The notes beneath the pieces were generated by a model, which saw nothing but the letters and a program-made list of their open reading frames with translations, was not told where the DNA came from and searched no databases. This document shows positions 17,954-27,008 of a stretch of DNA of 53,569 nt, piece after piece. Origin of the DNA: a virus; IMG/VR virus record IMGVR_UViG_3300045988_160359, positions 1-53,569 of that record, one strand, 5' to 3'. Made by a program: the position numbers and the translations under genes. Numbering within the stretch: position 1 is the stretch's first letter; each line of letters opens with the position of its first letter.

Positions 17954-18022
17954 TTTGATATTCTCCTTTCTCTTGGTATTATCTATTATAGCAGATAAGG
18001 ACTTGTTTGTCAAGCCCTTATC

Positions 18023-18352
18023 TTAATTTTTATTCATCAGGTAGTTAGTCTCGATAGTCCAACCGCAGTCTTGACAGGTGTAGTAAAATGTTTCGCTCAT
18101 ACGGTAGCGAGTAGAGGAAGAGAAGCGGTATTCGCCGCCGCACTTGACACATACGCCATTATTGAAAGTGTCGCAGTCATTGATGTGTTCCTGTCCCATC
18201 ATAGCACCAACACCGAAGAAGATAGCACAGCAGATAATGAATGACAGTACCTTGCTCACCCAACGGTCGCAACACCCAATAGCAACAGATAAACCGATAG
18301 GCAGACCAGCGACACCACCCATAAGCAGACCACCGATAATTACATCAGACAT
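18023..18352 (-). CDS. Membrane protein with a C-terminal zinc ribbon
   Basis: The start is placed at MSDVIIGG after AAGGGAGG. CVKCGG...CQDCG. Confidence 0.45.
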   Translation of the reverse strand: MSDVIIGGLLMGGVAGLPIGLSVAIGCCDRWVSKVLSFIICCAIFFGVGAMMGQEHINDCDTFNNGVCVKCGGEYRFSSSTRYRMSETFYYTCQDCGWTIETNYLMNKN

Positions 18353-18422
18353 TTTTTCGTCCTCCCTTGTTTTGTTATACTCATTATAGCAGAAATGGGG
18401 CTTGTTGTCAAGCCCCAATTTT

Positions 18423-18746
18423 CTACTTTACTACATAAAATTCGGGGTGGCGTTCTTCATTCTTGCGAATGCGCTTGACCAACTGTTGAGGTAAGCGGTT
18501 TTTGCCAGCACTCTTGTATATAGCGACAGCCCGTTCAAAGGTTGCGGGGTATGCGGTGATGATGAAATTCTCATATAAGTCCAGCACCAAAATGATGCCA
18601 GTCGAGAGCAAACGCAGGCGCGCAGTTTGGCGTTGGTCAATGACCTCAATCATCACGCGGTCAGAATATCCGAGATATTCCTGTAAGAGGGCGAGCCGGT
18701 TAGCCCGCTCCTCTGTCAGATGGTTCGACATAGTGTAGTTTTCCAT
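18423..18746 (-). CDS. Hypothetical protein (~107 aa)
   Basis: The start is placed at MENYTMSN after GGGGTGG. The track's 186-aa ORF fuses it with the upstream gene. Confidence 0.4.
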   Translation of the reverse strand: MENYTMSNHLTEERANRLALLQEYLGYSDRVMIEVIDQRQTARLRLLSTGIILVLDLYENFIITAYPATFERAVAIYKSAGKNRLPQQLVKRIRKNEERHPEFYVVK

Positions 18747-18751
18747 ATTAC

Positions 18752-18928
18752 CACCCCATATTGAACACGAAGCGCACCAGACCGATACAGGCAACGCCAT
18801 ATAGGATAGAGCCAACGAGGAAGTGCCAGTCGTGCGTCTGACGATAGACCATATACCCGCCGACACACTGAACGCCAGCGAAGCCAGCGAGGGCGAGGAT
18901 TGCGAGGATTGCGATAGTAGCCATTGTG
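18752..18928 (-). CDS. Small membrane protein (~58 aa)
   Basis: MATIAILAILALAGFAGV... after AAAGGAGG. Confidence 0.35.
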
Positions 18929-19044
18929 AATGACCTCCTTTAATTGATGGTATAAGTATAGCATACCTACTGGGCGTTGTCAACCGTCAAATTGCACAAA
19001 TTTCGGGATAAAAAATTGTTGAAAATACCGAACACAAAATGCTT

Positions 19045-19190
19045 GACAAATTGGCTGGGCTGTGGTATAATGGAATTTCCGGCCGCAACAGTCGTGGGCG
19101 GCTGGCCAAATTATACCATAGAAATGCTATTTTGTCAATAGGCAAAATGCACAAAAAAATGAGCCAAAATTTGGCTCATTTTATAATTCC
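19045..19190. promoter_or_regulatory. Convergent-promoter / hairpin / terminator module
   Basis: TTGACA-N17-TATAAT on both strands. Hairpin ccggccgcaacagtcgtgggcggctgg. Terminator gagccaaaatttggctc. Confidence 0.55.
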
Positions 19191-19284
19191 TATTCCGATA
19201 AGACAGAGGTACAGAAGAACACCACCGAAACCGAAAAATACAATCAGTCCCATAAACCACTGCCACAATCTTTCGTGTTTCATA

Positions 19285-19470
19285 TTATCTCAGCCCCCTA
19301 AAATCAACCACTTTGCCGTCTACCATCTCATGCCAGTAGAGCTTATCATTGTAGCGGATAGCCCGCACGCGGTAGTTGTGATTATCCCATGTGGTGTATT
19401 CTTTGTCGATTACATACTCGCCATAGCGGAGAACAGAATTGATAAATGTGTTGGTAAATGTCTGTTTCAT
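19285..19470 (-). CDS. Hypothetical small protein (61 aa)
   Basis: Intact ORF. Confidence 0.45.
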   Translation of the reverse strand: MKQTFTNTFINSVLRYGEYVIDKEYTTWDNHNYRVRAIRYNDKLYWHEMVDGKVVDFRGLR

Positions 19471-19480
19471 ATTCGCGCCC

Positions 19481-19702
19481 TCACATTCCGCGGACTGCGC
19501 CGCACTCGCTCATACCGTTTTCATCAAAGCGGGCGATAGGCTCGCCGTTCATCTCGCGGAGTTCAGCCCACGCTTCACCAAAGCCGCCATCAGCCAGCAT
19601 CAGCCGCACCAGCTCACACGCCGTTTCAAACTTGTTCCACGCGGCTTCATCACCGCTCACGCGCACGACTTCAACATTATTGACTACCACACTGTATTCC
19701 AT
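19481..19702 (-). CDS. Hypothetical small protein
   Basis: The start is placed at MEYSVVVNN after GAGGGAGG. Confidence 0.4.
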   Translation of the reverse strand: MEYSVVVNNVEVVRVSGDEAAWNKFETACELVRLMLADGGFGEAWAELREMNGEPIARFDENGMSECGAVRGM

Positions 19703-19783
19703 CTTGAATACCTCCCTCATTTGATAATACAATTATAGCACGCTTATTTATATTTGTCAATAGAAAAAATGAAAAAATCCGAA

Positions 19784-20062
19784 TTAGCTTCGGATTTTTT
19801 CAACGGTGATGATATTGGAATTGTCCCAGTTATAAGACACGGAGAACTGCTCATATAGACCATATATAAACCGCGTCCAGCCTTTGGTGCAGAACTCTCT
19901 CTGCCAATATCTTTCCAGAGGGCGCAGCTCCCACTGGATATACAACTGTTCTTCAAGGAAATCGCATATACTGGTGTCGGTGTCCCACTGGGCAGTAGCA
20001 GTTTCGCTATACTGCGCCTCGCTGTCGATGAACCTAATCTTGTACTCACGTGTCATACTCAT
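19784..20062 (-). CDS. Hypothetical small protein
   Basis: The start is placed at MSMTREYK after AGAGGAGG. Confidence 0.4.
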   Translation of the reverse strand: MSMTREYKIRFIDSEAQYSETATAQWDTDTSICDFLEEQLYIQWELRPLERYWQREFCTKGWTRFIYGLYEQFSVSYNWDNSNIITVEKIRS

Positions 20063-20174
20063 GACCTCCTCTGTTTTATGTATACAGTATAGCACAGGGG
20101 TGCGTGAATGTCAATAGTCAAAATGCACAAATTTCGGGATTTGGAATGTATAATTTTTGTTCATAATGCCTATT

Positions 20175-20290
20175 GACAAAATTGTTGGGACATGGTATAA
20201 TGGTAAATTTCGCGCGCCAGGGCCGTGGGCGCGCGACCGAGTATAGCACAAATGGGGCGCGTTGTCAACAGGCAAAATGACCAAAATTTT
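20175..20290. promoter_or_regulatory. Convergent-promoter / hairpin module
   Basis: Plus strand TTGACA-N17-TATAAT. Minus strand TTGACA-N17-TATACT. Hairpin tcgcgcgccagggccgtgggcgcgcga. Confidence 0.55.
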
Positions 20291-20346
20291 CAATCGAATT
20301 ATGGGCATAATGCCATATATAAAAAACAAGGGCTTTCGCCCTTGTC

Positions 20347-20538
20347 TTAGTAGCCCCTCTTTTCCAGTCTTTCCAGCCGGTCGGCGAGGGAACGCGCCAG
20401 CAGAACTTTTTTCCATTTCATAAGCTCGGCTTTGTTGCCCTCGGTGTTCGCCCAGATGCCCCAGGTGATGCCCTCGTTGATGATTTCCGCTTTCTTCATG
20501 CCCATCAGGTTTTCGAGATACTGTTCAAAGTTTGTCAT
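20347..20538 (-). CDS. Hypothetical small protein (63 aa)
   Basis: Intact ORF. Confidence 0.45.
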   Translation of the reverse strand: MTNFEQYLENLMGMKKAEIINEGITWGIWANTEGNKAELMKWKKVLLARSLADRLERLEKRGY

Positions 20539-20635
20539 AGCGTTTAGCTCCTCTCTTTTGATGGTTTAATTATAGCAAGTTAAACGCAGTTTGTCAATAG
20601 TTTTTTCAAAAAAAATAAAAAAAATAGTCGAGGGA

Positions 20636-20800
20636 TTAACCCTCGACTACTGCGACAACCTCGCCGTTCATACACGCGTGAACGTCGAACTCAACGCCTT
20701 TCCAGCTATCGCTGTAAAGGTACGTCCAGTCATCGCCCAGCACATAGGGCAGAGGCTTTACAGGGAGCACGCCGTCGGGAGTCTTTACAGTAGTCATCAT
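20636..20800 (-). CDS. Hypothetical small protein
   Basis: The start is placed at MMTTVKTP after GAAGGAGG. Confidence 0.35.
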   Translation of the reverse strand: MMTTVKTPDGVLPVKPLPYVLGDDWTYLYSDSWKGVEFDVHACMNGEVVAVVEG

Positions 20801-21106
20801 AGTCTTGCGACCTCCTTCATTTGATGGTTTAATTATAGCACCGTAGGTACATTTTGTCAAGCCCTTTTTCAAGAAATTTCAAAAATTTCTTCGTAGCCAT
20901 CATCCCATACCTGCCGGCATTTAGTGTTATCTTCATTAGCGTATTCGTCATAGCCAAAGCCCATGGACTCAACACGTCCTACAAAAATCCATTCCATTTA
21001 ATTATCTCCTTCCTTTTATCTGTTTGTATTATAATACAAAGGAGGGCTTTTGTCAATACTTTTTTCAAAATTTTTTCAAAAAAAAATAGGGCTTCCGCCC
21101 TATTTT

Positions 21107-21415
21107 TTAGCAGTAGGCAAGCGTCATAGTCGCCCATTTCAGCACGGAAATTTGATTACACGCTTTGCCGATTTCCATAGCTTCACGCTTTGTCGCCACG
21201 CGCTTGCTCCGGTCAACGAACCAAATTCCCCCACTATACCACACGCCACAATTTCCGCCGTAGTCTCTCACCGCGTCAATGGCTTCCTGTGCGGTCTTAC
21301 ATTCGATGCCCTCTGTGGCAACCTGCCAGCCGGATTTATAGTTTACCTTTTTGCCCATTTTGAGGGTCAGCCCGTCATTGTTGCCCAGCTTGCGGATAGA
21401 ACGAATGTTAATCAT
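21107..21415 (-). CDS. Hypothetical protein (102 aa)
   Basis: Intact ORF. Confidence 0.5.
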   Translation of the reverse strand: MINIRSIRKLGNNDGLTLKMGKKVNYKSGWQVATEGIECKTAQEAIDAVRDYGGNCGVWYSGGIWFVDRSKRVATKREAMEIGKACNQISVLKWATMTLAYC

Positions 21416-21534
21416 GTTGTGTATCTCCTTTGTTGTTTTGTTGTACTCATTATAACACGCCTATTTCGTTTTGTCTATTGGCAAACTATACAAATCGGGA
21501 TTGCGAATTTTGTGCGAAATTTTCGCATTTTTCT

Positions 21535-21640
21535 CTTGACAACTGGTGGGCTGCTGTGGTATAATATTTCGGGGCGCCACGTGCTTGATGAGCGCGACGA
21601 TGCTCGTTAAAATTTTAACAATCCAACAGCAAAAAATAAA
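21535..21640. promoter_or_regulatory. Promoter / hairpin module, followed by one TTTTAACAATC iteron
   Basis: Plus strand TTGACA-N18-TATAAT. The hairpin is cggggcgccacgtgc.... aaaattttaacaatcc lies at about 21613. Confidence 0.45.
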
Positions 21641-21646
21641 GGACGC

Positions 21647-21835
21647 TTATTCAGCGTCCCATTGAGTGATTTCTTCAAGGGTCAGCCCATAGAACTCAAC
21701 AGCTTCTGCCAGCTCCGCGGCTTCTTCCTCTGCGCCATAGCTTGTCCAATAGGCGTCCAGTAAGTTGATGATTTTCTCATAGGCTTCATCGGAAAGAGTA
21801 TCAATGATGTTGGAAACCTCGAATGTGTTTTTCAT
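21647..21835 (-). CDS. Hypothetical small acidic protein (62 aa)
   Basis: Intact ORF. Confidence 0.45.
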   Translation of the reverse strand: MKNTFEVSNIIDTLSDEAYEKIINLLDAYWTSYGAEEEAAELAEAVEFYGLTLEEITQWDAE

Positions 21836-22180
21836 TTTATGTACCTCATTTCTTAATTTCTGTATTCATTATAACACGCTTATTTGTGTTTGTCAATAGT
21901 TTTTTCAAAAAAAATAAAAAAAATAACAGGGCTTTTGCCCTGTTATACTGTGGGGATAAAACTCACAACCTTGCCGTGCTTGCGTTCCTCGACTTTGCGC
22001 TCCTGTGCGCTCAGACCGTAGAACCATGCCTGTGTGCCGTCCGCGAATTTGTACCAACCCTGTGTGCTTTTTTTCATTTTTGTGTACCTCATTTCTTAAT
22101 TTCTGTATTTAGTATAACACCTATTTCGGGATTTGTCAATAGTTTTTTCAAAAATAAACAGGGCTTTCGCCCTGTTTATT

Positions 22181-22369
22181 TTATTTAATTTTCAGAATTT
22201 CCTTGCCCAGCTTGCCGGACTTGAATACACGGCGGACGCTCACGATGTTGGCTTTTCGCAAAAACCCTATTGCGATGTTGTGGGCTTCGTTGCCCGTGCG
22301 GGCGATGATGGAAAGCGTCTGCCCCTCGGCGTTGATGCAGATGTAGGTATTAGCGATAGTGCGTGTCAT
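22181..22369 (-). CDS. Hypothetical small protein
   Basis: The start is placed at MTRTIANT after AAGGAGG. Confidence 0.4.
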   Translation of the reverse strand: MTRTIANTYICINAEGQTLSIIARTGNEAHNIAIGFLRKANIVSVRRVFKSGKLGKEILKIK

Positions 22370-22382
22370 AATTACTTCCTCC

Positions 22383-22619
22383 TTAATACATTTCCTCAGA
22401 CTGAGCAAGATAGAAATGGTCAATCTTGGTCAAGTCCAGCAGTTCGTACTTTTCCACACCCTCAGCAAGCAGGGCGTTCAGCTTGTCCACCAGCTCCGTA
22501 CCATTGTCCTTGCGTGCCTGAACGAACAGAAAGTCAGAACAGGTTTTCTCCCACTGTGTCCCTCTGTTGTAAACAACAGGCTCTTTCGTGGTGTAGCAGA
22601 CTCCATAGATGTTAGACAT
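22383..22619 (-). CDS. Hypothetical small protein
   Basis: The start is placed at MSNIYGV after AAAGGAGG. Confidence 0.4.
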   Translation of the reverse strand: MSNIYGVCYTTKEPVVYNRGTQWEKTCSDFLFVQARKDNGTELVDKLNALLAEGVEKYELLDLTKIDHFYLAQSEEMY

Positions 22620-22691
22620 TGTATCGTCCTCCTTTGTTTTACTGTAATCATTGTAGCACACATAGGGCAATTTGTCAAGAGGTTTTTTCAA

Positions 22692-23520
22692 AAATAACCT
22701 ACTTATTTTCGGGACAGAGATTGTGATTATTTTAACAATCGGATTTGCGATTTTTTTTCTTTAACACTTTAATGTAGTGAAGTCTGGGGCGTTGCGACCG
22801 TGTTCGGCATCCAACAGTGAATGTGAAATTTTTAACAATTAAACAGCGACTTCACCACATCCACACATTGTGAATTTTTTAACAATCTTGCTCGGTCAGC
22901 GAATGTATCAACTGTGCCGTGTGTATCCTGCTTGCTACCTGTGCAAGCGCACTCTTTACTCTCTTGCTCTTGGCTCTCACATTGTTAAACTTTTAACAAT
23001 CTTGCTCGCCCCTCTGTGAGGACTGTACGTTGCGGGATGCGCGCCGTTCAGCGCCCGCACTGCTGTGTTGTTTGGCAATTGTGCGAGGGCTTATTCTTGG
23101 GCGATTAGGGCCGTTAACGATGATGAACCTAAAAGAGAAATGGAATACTTACATTAGATTTGTTGGTGCGCGGTTCCCGGTGAGCCGACCGGTGGGAAGC
23201 GCGGTCTATTCTCTTATTGTTGGTCTATTCTCCTCCACCATCTACTACCCATAGCTCACCCTCTATCTCATACCCTACCATACCATACTACTATACTACA
23301 TTGTTAATACATTAACAATGTATCTATCATTGTGTTGTGTTGTGTGTTGTTCTCTTTGTCTGTTGGTCGTTCGCTCGTTGGCTCGCTCTGCCTTGTCCAC
23401 TGTGCCGTGCGTGTCCTTGTCCTCTTTTGGTTGAGTGATTGTTAAATCTTTCACAATCTTACTACATTATTAATCTTTTAACAATCTTACTACATCGTTA
23501 AATTTTTAACAATCTTAGGG
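22692..23520. repeat. Non-coding region with at least 7 TTTTAACAATCTT iterons, a 26-bp palindrome and a CA-rich to GT-rich switch
   Basis: Iterons lie at ~22735, 22843, 22884, 22990 and three tandem copies at 23440-23510. Palindrome tacattgttaa-taca-ttaacaatgta at ~23280. It is flanked on the left by ccataccatactactatactac and on the right by tgtgttgtgttgtgtgttg. Confidence 0.6.
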
Positions 23521-23536
23521 CAACAAAAAAACCTCC

Positions 23537-23632
23537 CTCAGTGAGGGAGGCAGATGAGGCACATCAAGATGCCAGTGCCCGCGACAACAGCGACCGCGGT
23601 GATGAAGCGCACGACTTTGTAGATGATAGACA
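23537..23632 (-). CDS. 31-aa hydrophobic peptide
   Basis: MSIIYKVVRFITAVAVVAGTGILMCLICLPH after AAAGGAGG. The cctccctcactgagggagg hairpin plus T-run follows. Confidence 0.3.
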
Positions 23633-24063
23633 TAGACCATTCCTCCTTTGATGATACTATTATACCAGATTTCAGGATGCGTGTCTATTGACAGAATACA
23701 CAAATTTGCAAGAGATTTTTTGTGGAGTTTGTATTTATTGCGAATGAGGACCGCGACAGCCATTCGCGGTCCTGCGAGTTGAGGGGTTGTATTGGGGATG
23801 GTCTAGTCTTTCCGCGTGCGCCAAGCCCAAGAAGGTCTCGATAGTGTTCAGATTTTTTCTCAGATAAAAACCGACCGGGGGGGGTGGGTTTCGGGAAAAA
23901 ATTTTTTTTGCTTTTTATTTTTTTGTTTGGCTGGTACAAACTCTCACCAAAACTTTTTTCAATTCAAATAACGGTAAAAAGAATTACTTTTTAATTTTAT
24001 TTCTACCAAAAAACCAAATAGGAAAAAATAAAATTAATCCTATCAATGCTAATGCTTCAAGAA

Positions 24064-24207
24064 TCATTTCTTATTCTCCTTCTTAGGGCGACCACGTTTA
24101 GGGTTTTCGCCCCATACAATTTGATGAACTGCTTTAGTAGCATAATAATTAGCTTTTTTCTGCATTTTAGCAGCGAGGGCATTTCCAAAACTTTTATATT
24201 TAGGCAT
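24064..24207 (-). CDS. Small basic protein (47 aa)
   Basis: MPKYKSFGNALAAKMQKKANYYATKAVHQIVWGENPKRGRPKKENKK. Confidence 0.35.
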   Translation of the reverse strand: MPKYKSFGNALAAKMQKKANYYATKAVHQIVWGENPKRGRPKKENKK

Positions 24208-24208
24208 A

Positions 24209-24526
24209 TTACATTACTCCATTAATAGCATCAGTTAGTTTTTGAGGAATTTCAATTCCTAAATCATCTAATACTTCTTTAGCGCGTAAATATTCTATTC
24301 TACTACCATATCGTTTACTCACTCGCACTCCAACATAAACTTCACCATTATATTCAATAGTATAAAATTCCATACGGTCGCCAGGAGTAATACCATATTT
24401 TTGTCTTAAATTTTTAGGAAAAACAAGACGGCCTAAACTATCAACCTAATGGATAGAACCTTCATTATGAACTATTGCTTGGCCTTCTCGCATTACAATA
24501 TCAAAATAATTTTTTCCATCTTCCAT
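24209..24526 (-). CDS. AbrB/MazE/SpoVT-type swapped-hairpin DNA-binding protein, with 1 in-frame TAG
   Basis: VDSLGRLVFPKNLRQKYGITPGDRMEFY matches the AbrB N-domain consensus vDelGRvvIP.elR..lgi..gD.lei. A single TAG lies 27 codons after the ATG. Confidence 0.55.
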
Positions 24527-24530
24527 AAAA

Positions 24531-24824
24531 TCACTTCTCCTCCATTATATGACATTTTTCTCCAGAAGACTTAATAATATGCCAAATATACTCACCATCA
24601 TTAATAACTCCTAAATACTTGTCATTATTATTTACATATGTATCCAATTCCCAACCTGTGCCAACAGCATTAATTTGAAAATATTTTTTGGGTGCTTTTT
24701 CATCATAAGCTGCCCATACGCATGGATTATTATTTACATCTAATCCAGCAGATACAATATCAGTCAGATGGTCCATAATATGAGTTGACCCTGGAGTTTC
24801 AATTAAATATTTATAAATCTTCAT
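24531..24824 (-). CDS. Hypothetical protein (97 aa)
   Basis: Intact ORF. Confidence 0.45.
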   Translation of the reverse strand: MKIYKYLIETPGSTHIMDHLTDIVSAGLDVNNNPCVWAAYDEKAPKKYFQINAVGTGWELDTYVNNNDKYLGVINDGEYIWHIIKSSGEKCHIMEEK

Positions 24825-24825
24825 A

Positions 24826-25152
24826 TTACTCCTCTTTTAACACTTCTACCCAAACACGCACATCTCTATCTTCTGCATTCATTACTCGATTTTTATCATA
24901 TACAAAAATAGGGCAATGTAGTGGATAACAATTTAATCGCATAATTTTAATATCAATATTATCCACATAAATAATCATATTATCTTGAATATACGGCCAA
25001 TAATCTTGACCTTCACCCAATAGGATACAAGTATATCCTGCTTCAATTAATTGTTCAAGATTAATATATTGATTAAATGATACACCCATAAATAGAATAG
25101 TAGTGCCTCGTTTAAAATTTTTTAAAATATATTTAATCTATTTTTCAGTCAT
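24826..25152 (-). CDS. Hypothetical protein with 1 in-frame TAG near the N-terminus
   Basis: MTEK-TAG-IKYILKNFKRGTTILF continues into track ORF 24826..25089. Confidence 0.4.
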
Positions 25153-25334
25153 CACCATTCCACCCTTCCGGTAAAAATATATCTAAAATTCTTTGCAATA
25201 AATCACTCGCAGCAAATATTGGACCACCAATAAAAATATTAAACAAACAATTAATTTATTTTCACCAGCGCTTTGAATTGCATCAATATATTCAAACATT
25301 ACTAATGCTGAAATGATTATCCAAAAAATAACAA

Positions 25335-25733
25335 TTACATAGGCTCCCAAAAATATTCACCATCCTTATATTTATTTACTCGAACATTGTGGACTAATAC
25401 TCTTATAGAGCCGTCTTCTTCTAATTGATTGGCGTATCCAGGCGGTGGCGGGCCCTTGGACAAAACTGAATAAGCGATTATATTAGAATTTTCATAATTA
25501 GAGAAGTCTGTAATTTTTGCGGATTCTTTCGCATTAAATTGGAGATGTAATAGCAAACAACAAGGAAAACTTTCTTCAATATTATTTGCGTCTTCATAAT
25601 AATCTGCTATTAAATTATATTTTTGTTCAATGTTTTCAGGGTCAAGAAGTTTAGCGACTCCTTTTGTAAACAATATATTATATATAATAGATAATATTAA
25701 TAATATACTTAATATAATAATAGCAATTACCAT
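25335..25733 (-). CDS. Membrane-anchored protein (132 aa)
   Basis: N-terminal TM segment. The RBS is AAAAGGAG. Confidence 0.45.
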   Translation of the reverse strand: MVIAIIILSILLILSIIYNILFTKGVAKLLDPENIEQKYNLIADYYEDANNIEESFPCCLLLHLQFNAKESAKITDFSNYENSNIIAYSVLSKGPPPPGYANQLEEDGSIRVLVHNVRVNKYKDGEYFWEPM

Positions 25734-25754
25734 AAACTTCTCCTTTTATTTTTT

Positions 25755-25880
25755 ATTATAATAATAATACAAAAAATTTTTTTTATTGTCAAATTTTTTC
25801 CAATTAATAGTATCGTTTAAAAATTTTTTAAATGCATTTATTAAAATTTGACACCTGGAAAAATTTTTTGTATAATGAAG
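25755..25880. promoter_or_regulatory. Divergent promoter region between the minus-strand regulatory block and the plus-strand late module
   Basis: Plus strand TTGACA cctggaaaaattttttg TATAAT at ~25848-25876. Minus strand TTGACA-N17-TATTAT at ~25790-25760. Confidence 0.5.
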
Positions 25881-25904
25881 ACGTAAAAAAATCTGGAGGT
25901 AATA

Positions 25905-26966
25905 ATGATAAAATTAGATTATTCCTTACAAACTCCAGAAGAAAGAAATGAATTAGTCAAGAAAATATTAGAGGAAACCCCAGACCCCTCTCCTCGATAT
26001 TTAGAAATATTAGGGGACTATATCATTCTTTGTATGGAGAAACAAGAGAAAAAGGAGCGTAAATTATTAACTGATAATCGTATGGCAACAGTTAATAAAC
26101 GTGAAACATCTTTTGAAGGTCTTGTTTCCCAATTTGAGAATGGCGAAGATGGAATTTATAATTTAATTACTGAAAATAAAAATACAATATTTTAGCCTAA
26201 AATTACAATTACTAAAAAAGATATAGAAGAAATACCTCATTTAAAATAGTTAAGAGACGCCATTACTACTTGGGAAGCCAAATTACGAGTTAGCGAAGGA
26301 CGCGAGGCATTTATAATTAAACGTGCTATTATTGAAATGCGTAAAGATTAGTATGTTATTAAAAATGCAGTTCGTCGTCCAATTGTTATGACTAAAATTA
26401 CTCGTTCAAGAAATTTTATTCCATTAGAGGACACGACTTGCATTTTTGATGATGATGGTTATCCAATCCCGGATGGCGTTTCACTCTTAGACCCTAGAGT
26501 ATGTTCTGCAATTTTATGTAATTATTCTCGTTTAAAGCAAGATAGTTGGGGAGATTTTGAAAGAGATTTATGGTATATTATGGAAGATTTCGATAATTTA
26601 TGTACCATTGCTCTTAAAGATTATCCCTTATATGATAGAATAGTTGAATATAAAATTGATGGATTATAGAATATAGACATTCAAAAGAAAATTCAAGAGG
26701 AATTTAATATTACTCATAGTTTAGAATATATTTCTAGTTTATGGCGTAATAAAATTCCAAAATTAATCGCCTCTGCGGCTGAAGACCAATACCTATATGA
26801 TTATTATTTACATAAAGCAAAAGGTAAATATAAAAAATGTAGTCGCTGTGGGCAAATTAAATTAGCACATAATAAATATTTTAGCAAAAATAAAACTAGT
26901 AAAGATGGTTATTATAGTATTTGTAAAAAATGCCGTAATGCTAAAAACAAGGGCAAACAGTTATAA
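25905..26966 (+). CDS. Hypothetical protein with a C-terminal zinc ribbon (~353 aa, 4 in-frame TAG)
   Basis: Track fragments 25905..26195 and 26388..26669 are in one frame, joined through TAGs. The C-terminus reads CSRCGQIK...YYSICKKC. Confidence 0.5.
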
Positions 26967-27008
26967 TTTTGAGATGCCTGTTATTGGATAGATATAAGGA
27001 GGAAAATT

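Noticed and set aside
18423-18983. Track ORF of 186 aa
   Set aside because: The Ser-rich N-terminal half reads through a separate 58-aa membrane-protein gene in another frame and through an RBS. It is better split into 18423..18746 and 18752..18928.
23030-23254. Track ORF (74 aa, plus strand) inside the iteron region
   Set aside because: It has no RBS, the opposite orientation to all early genes, and lies in a repeat and skew-switch region.
23760-24060. Suppressor tRNA in the AT-rich gap between the early and regulatory blocks
   Set aside because: I found no cloverleaf with a GTTCRANYC T-loop or a CTCTAA anticodon loop on either strand. The gggggggg tract forms only a simple hairpin.
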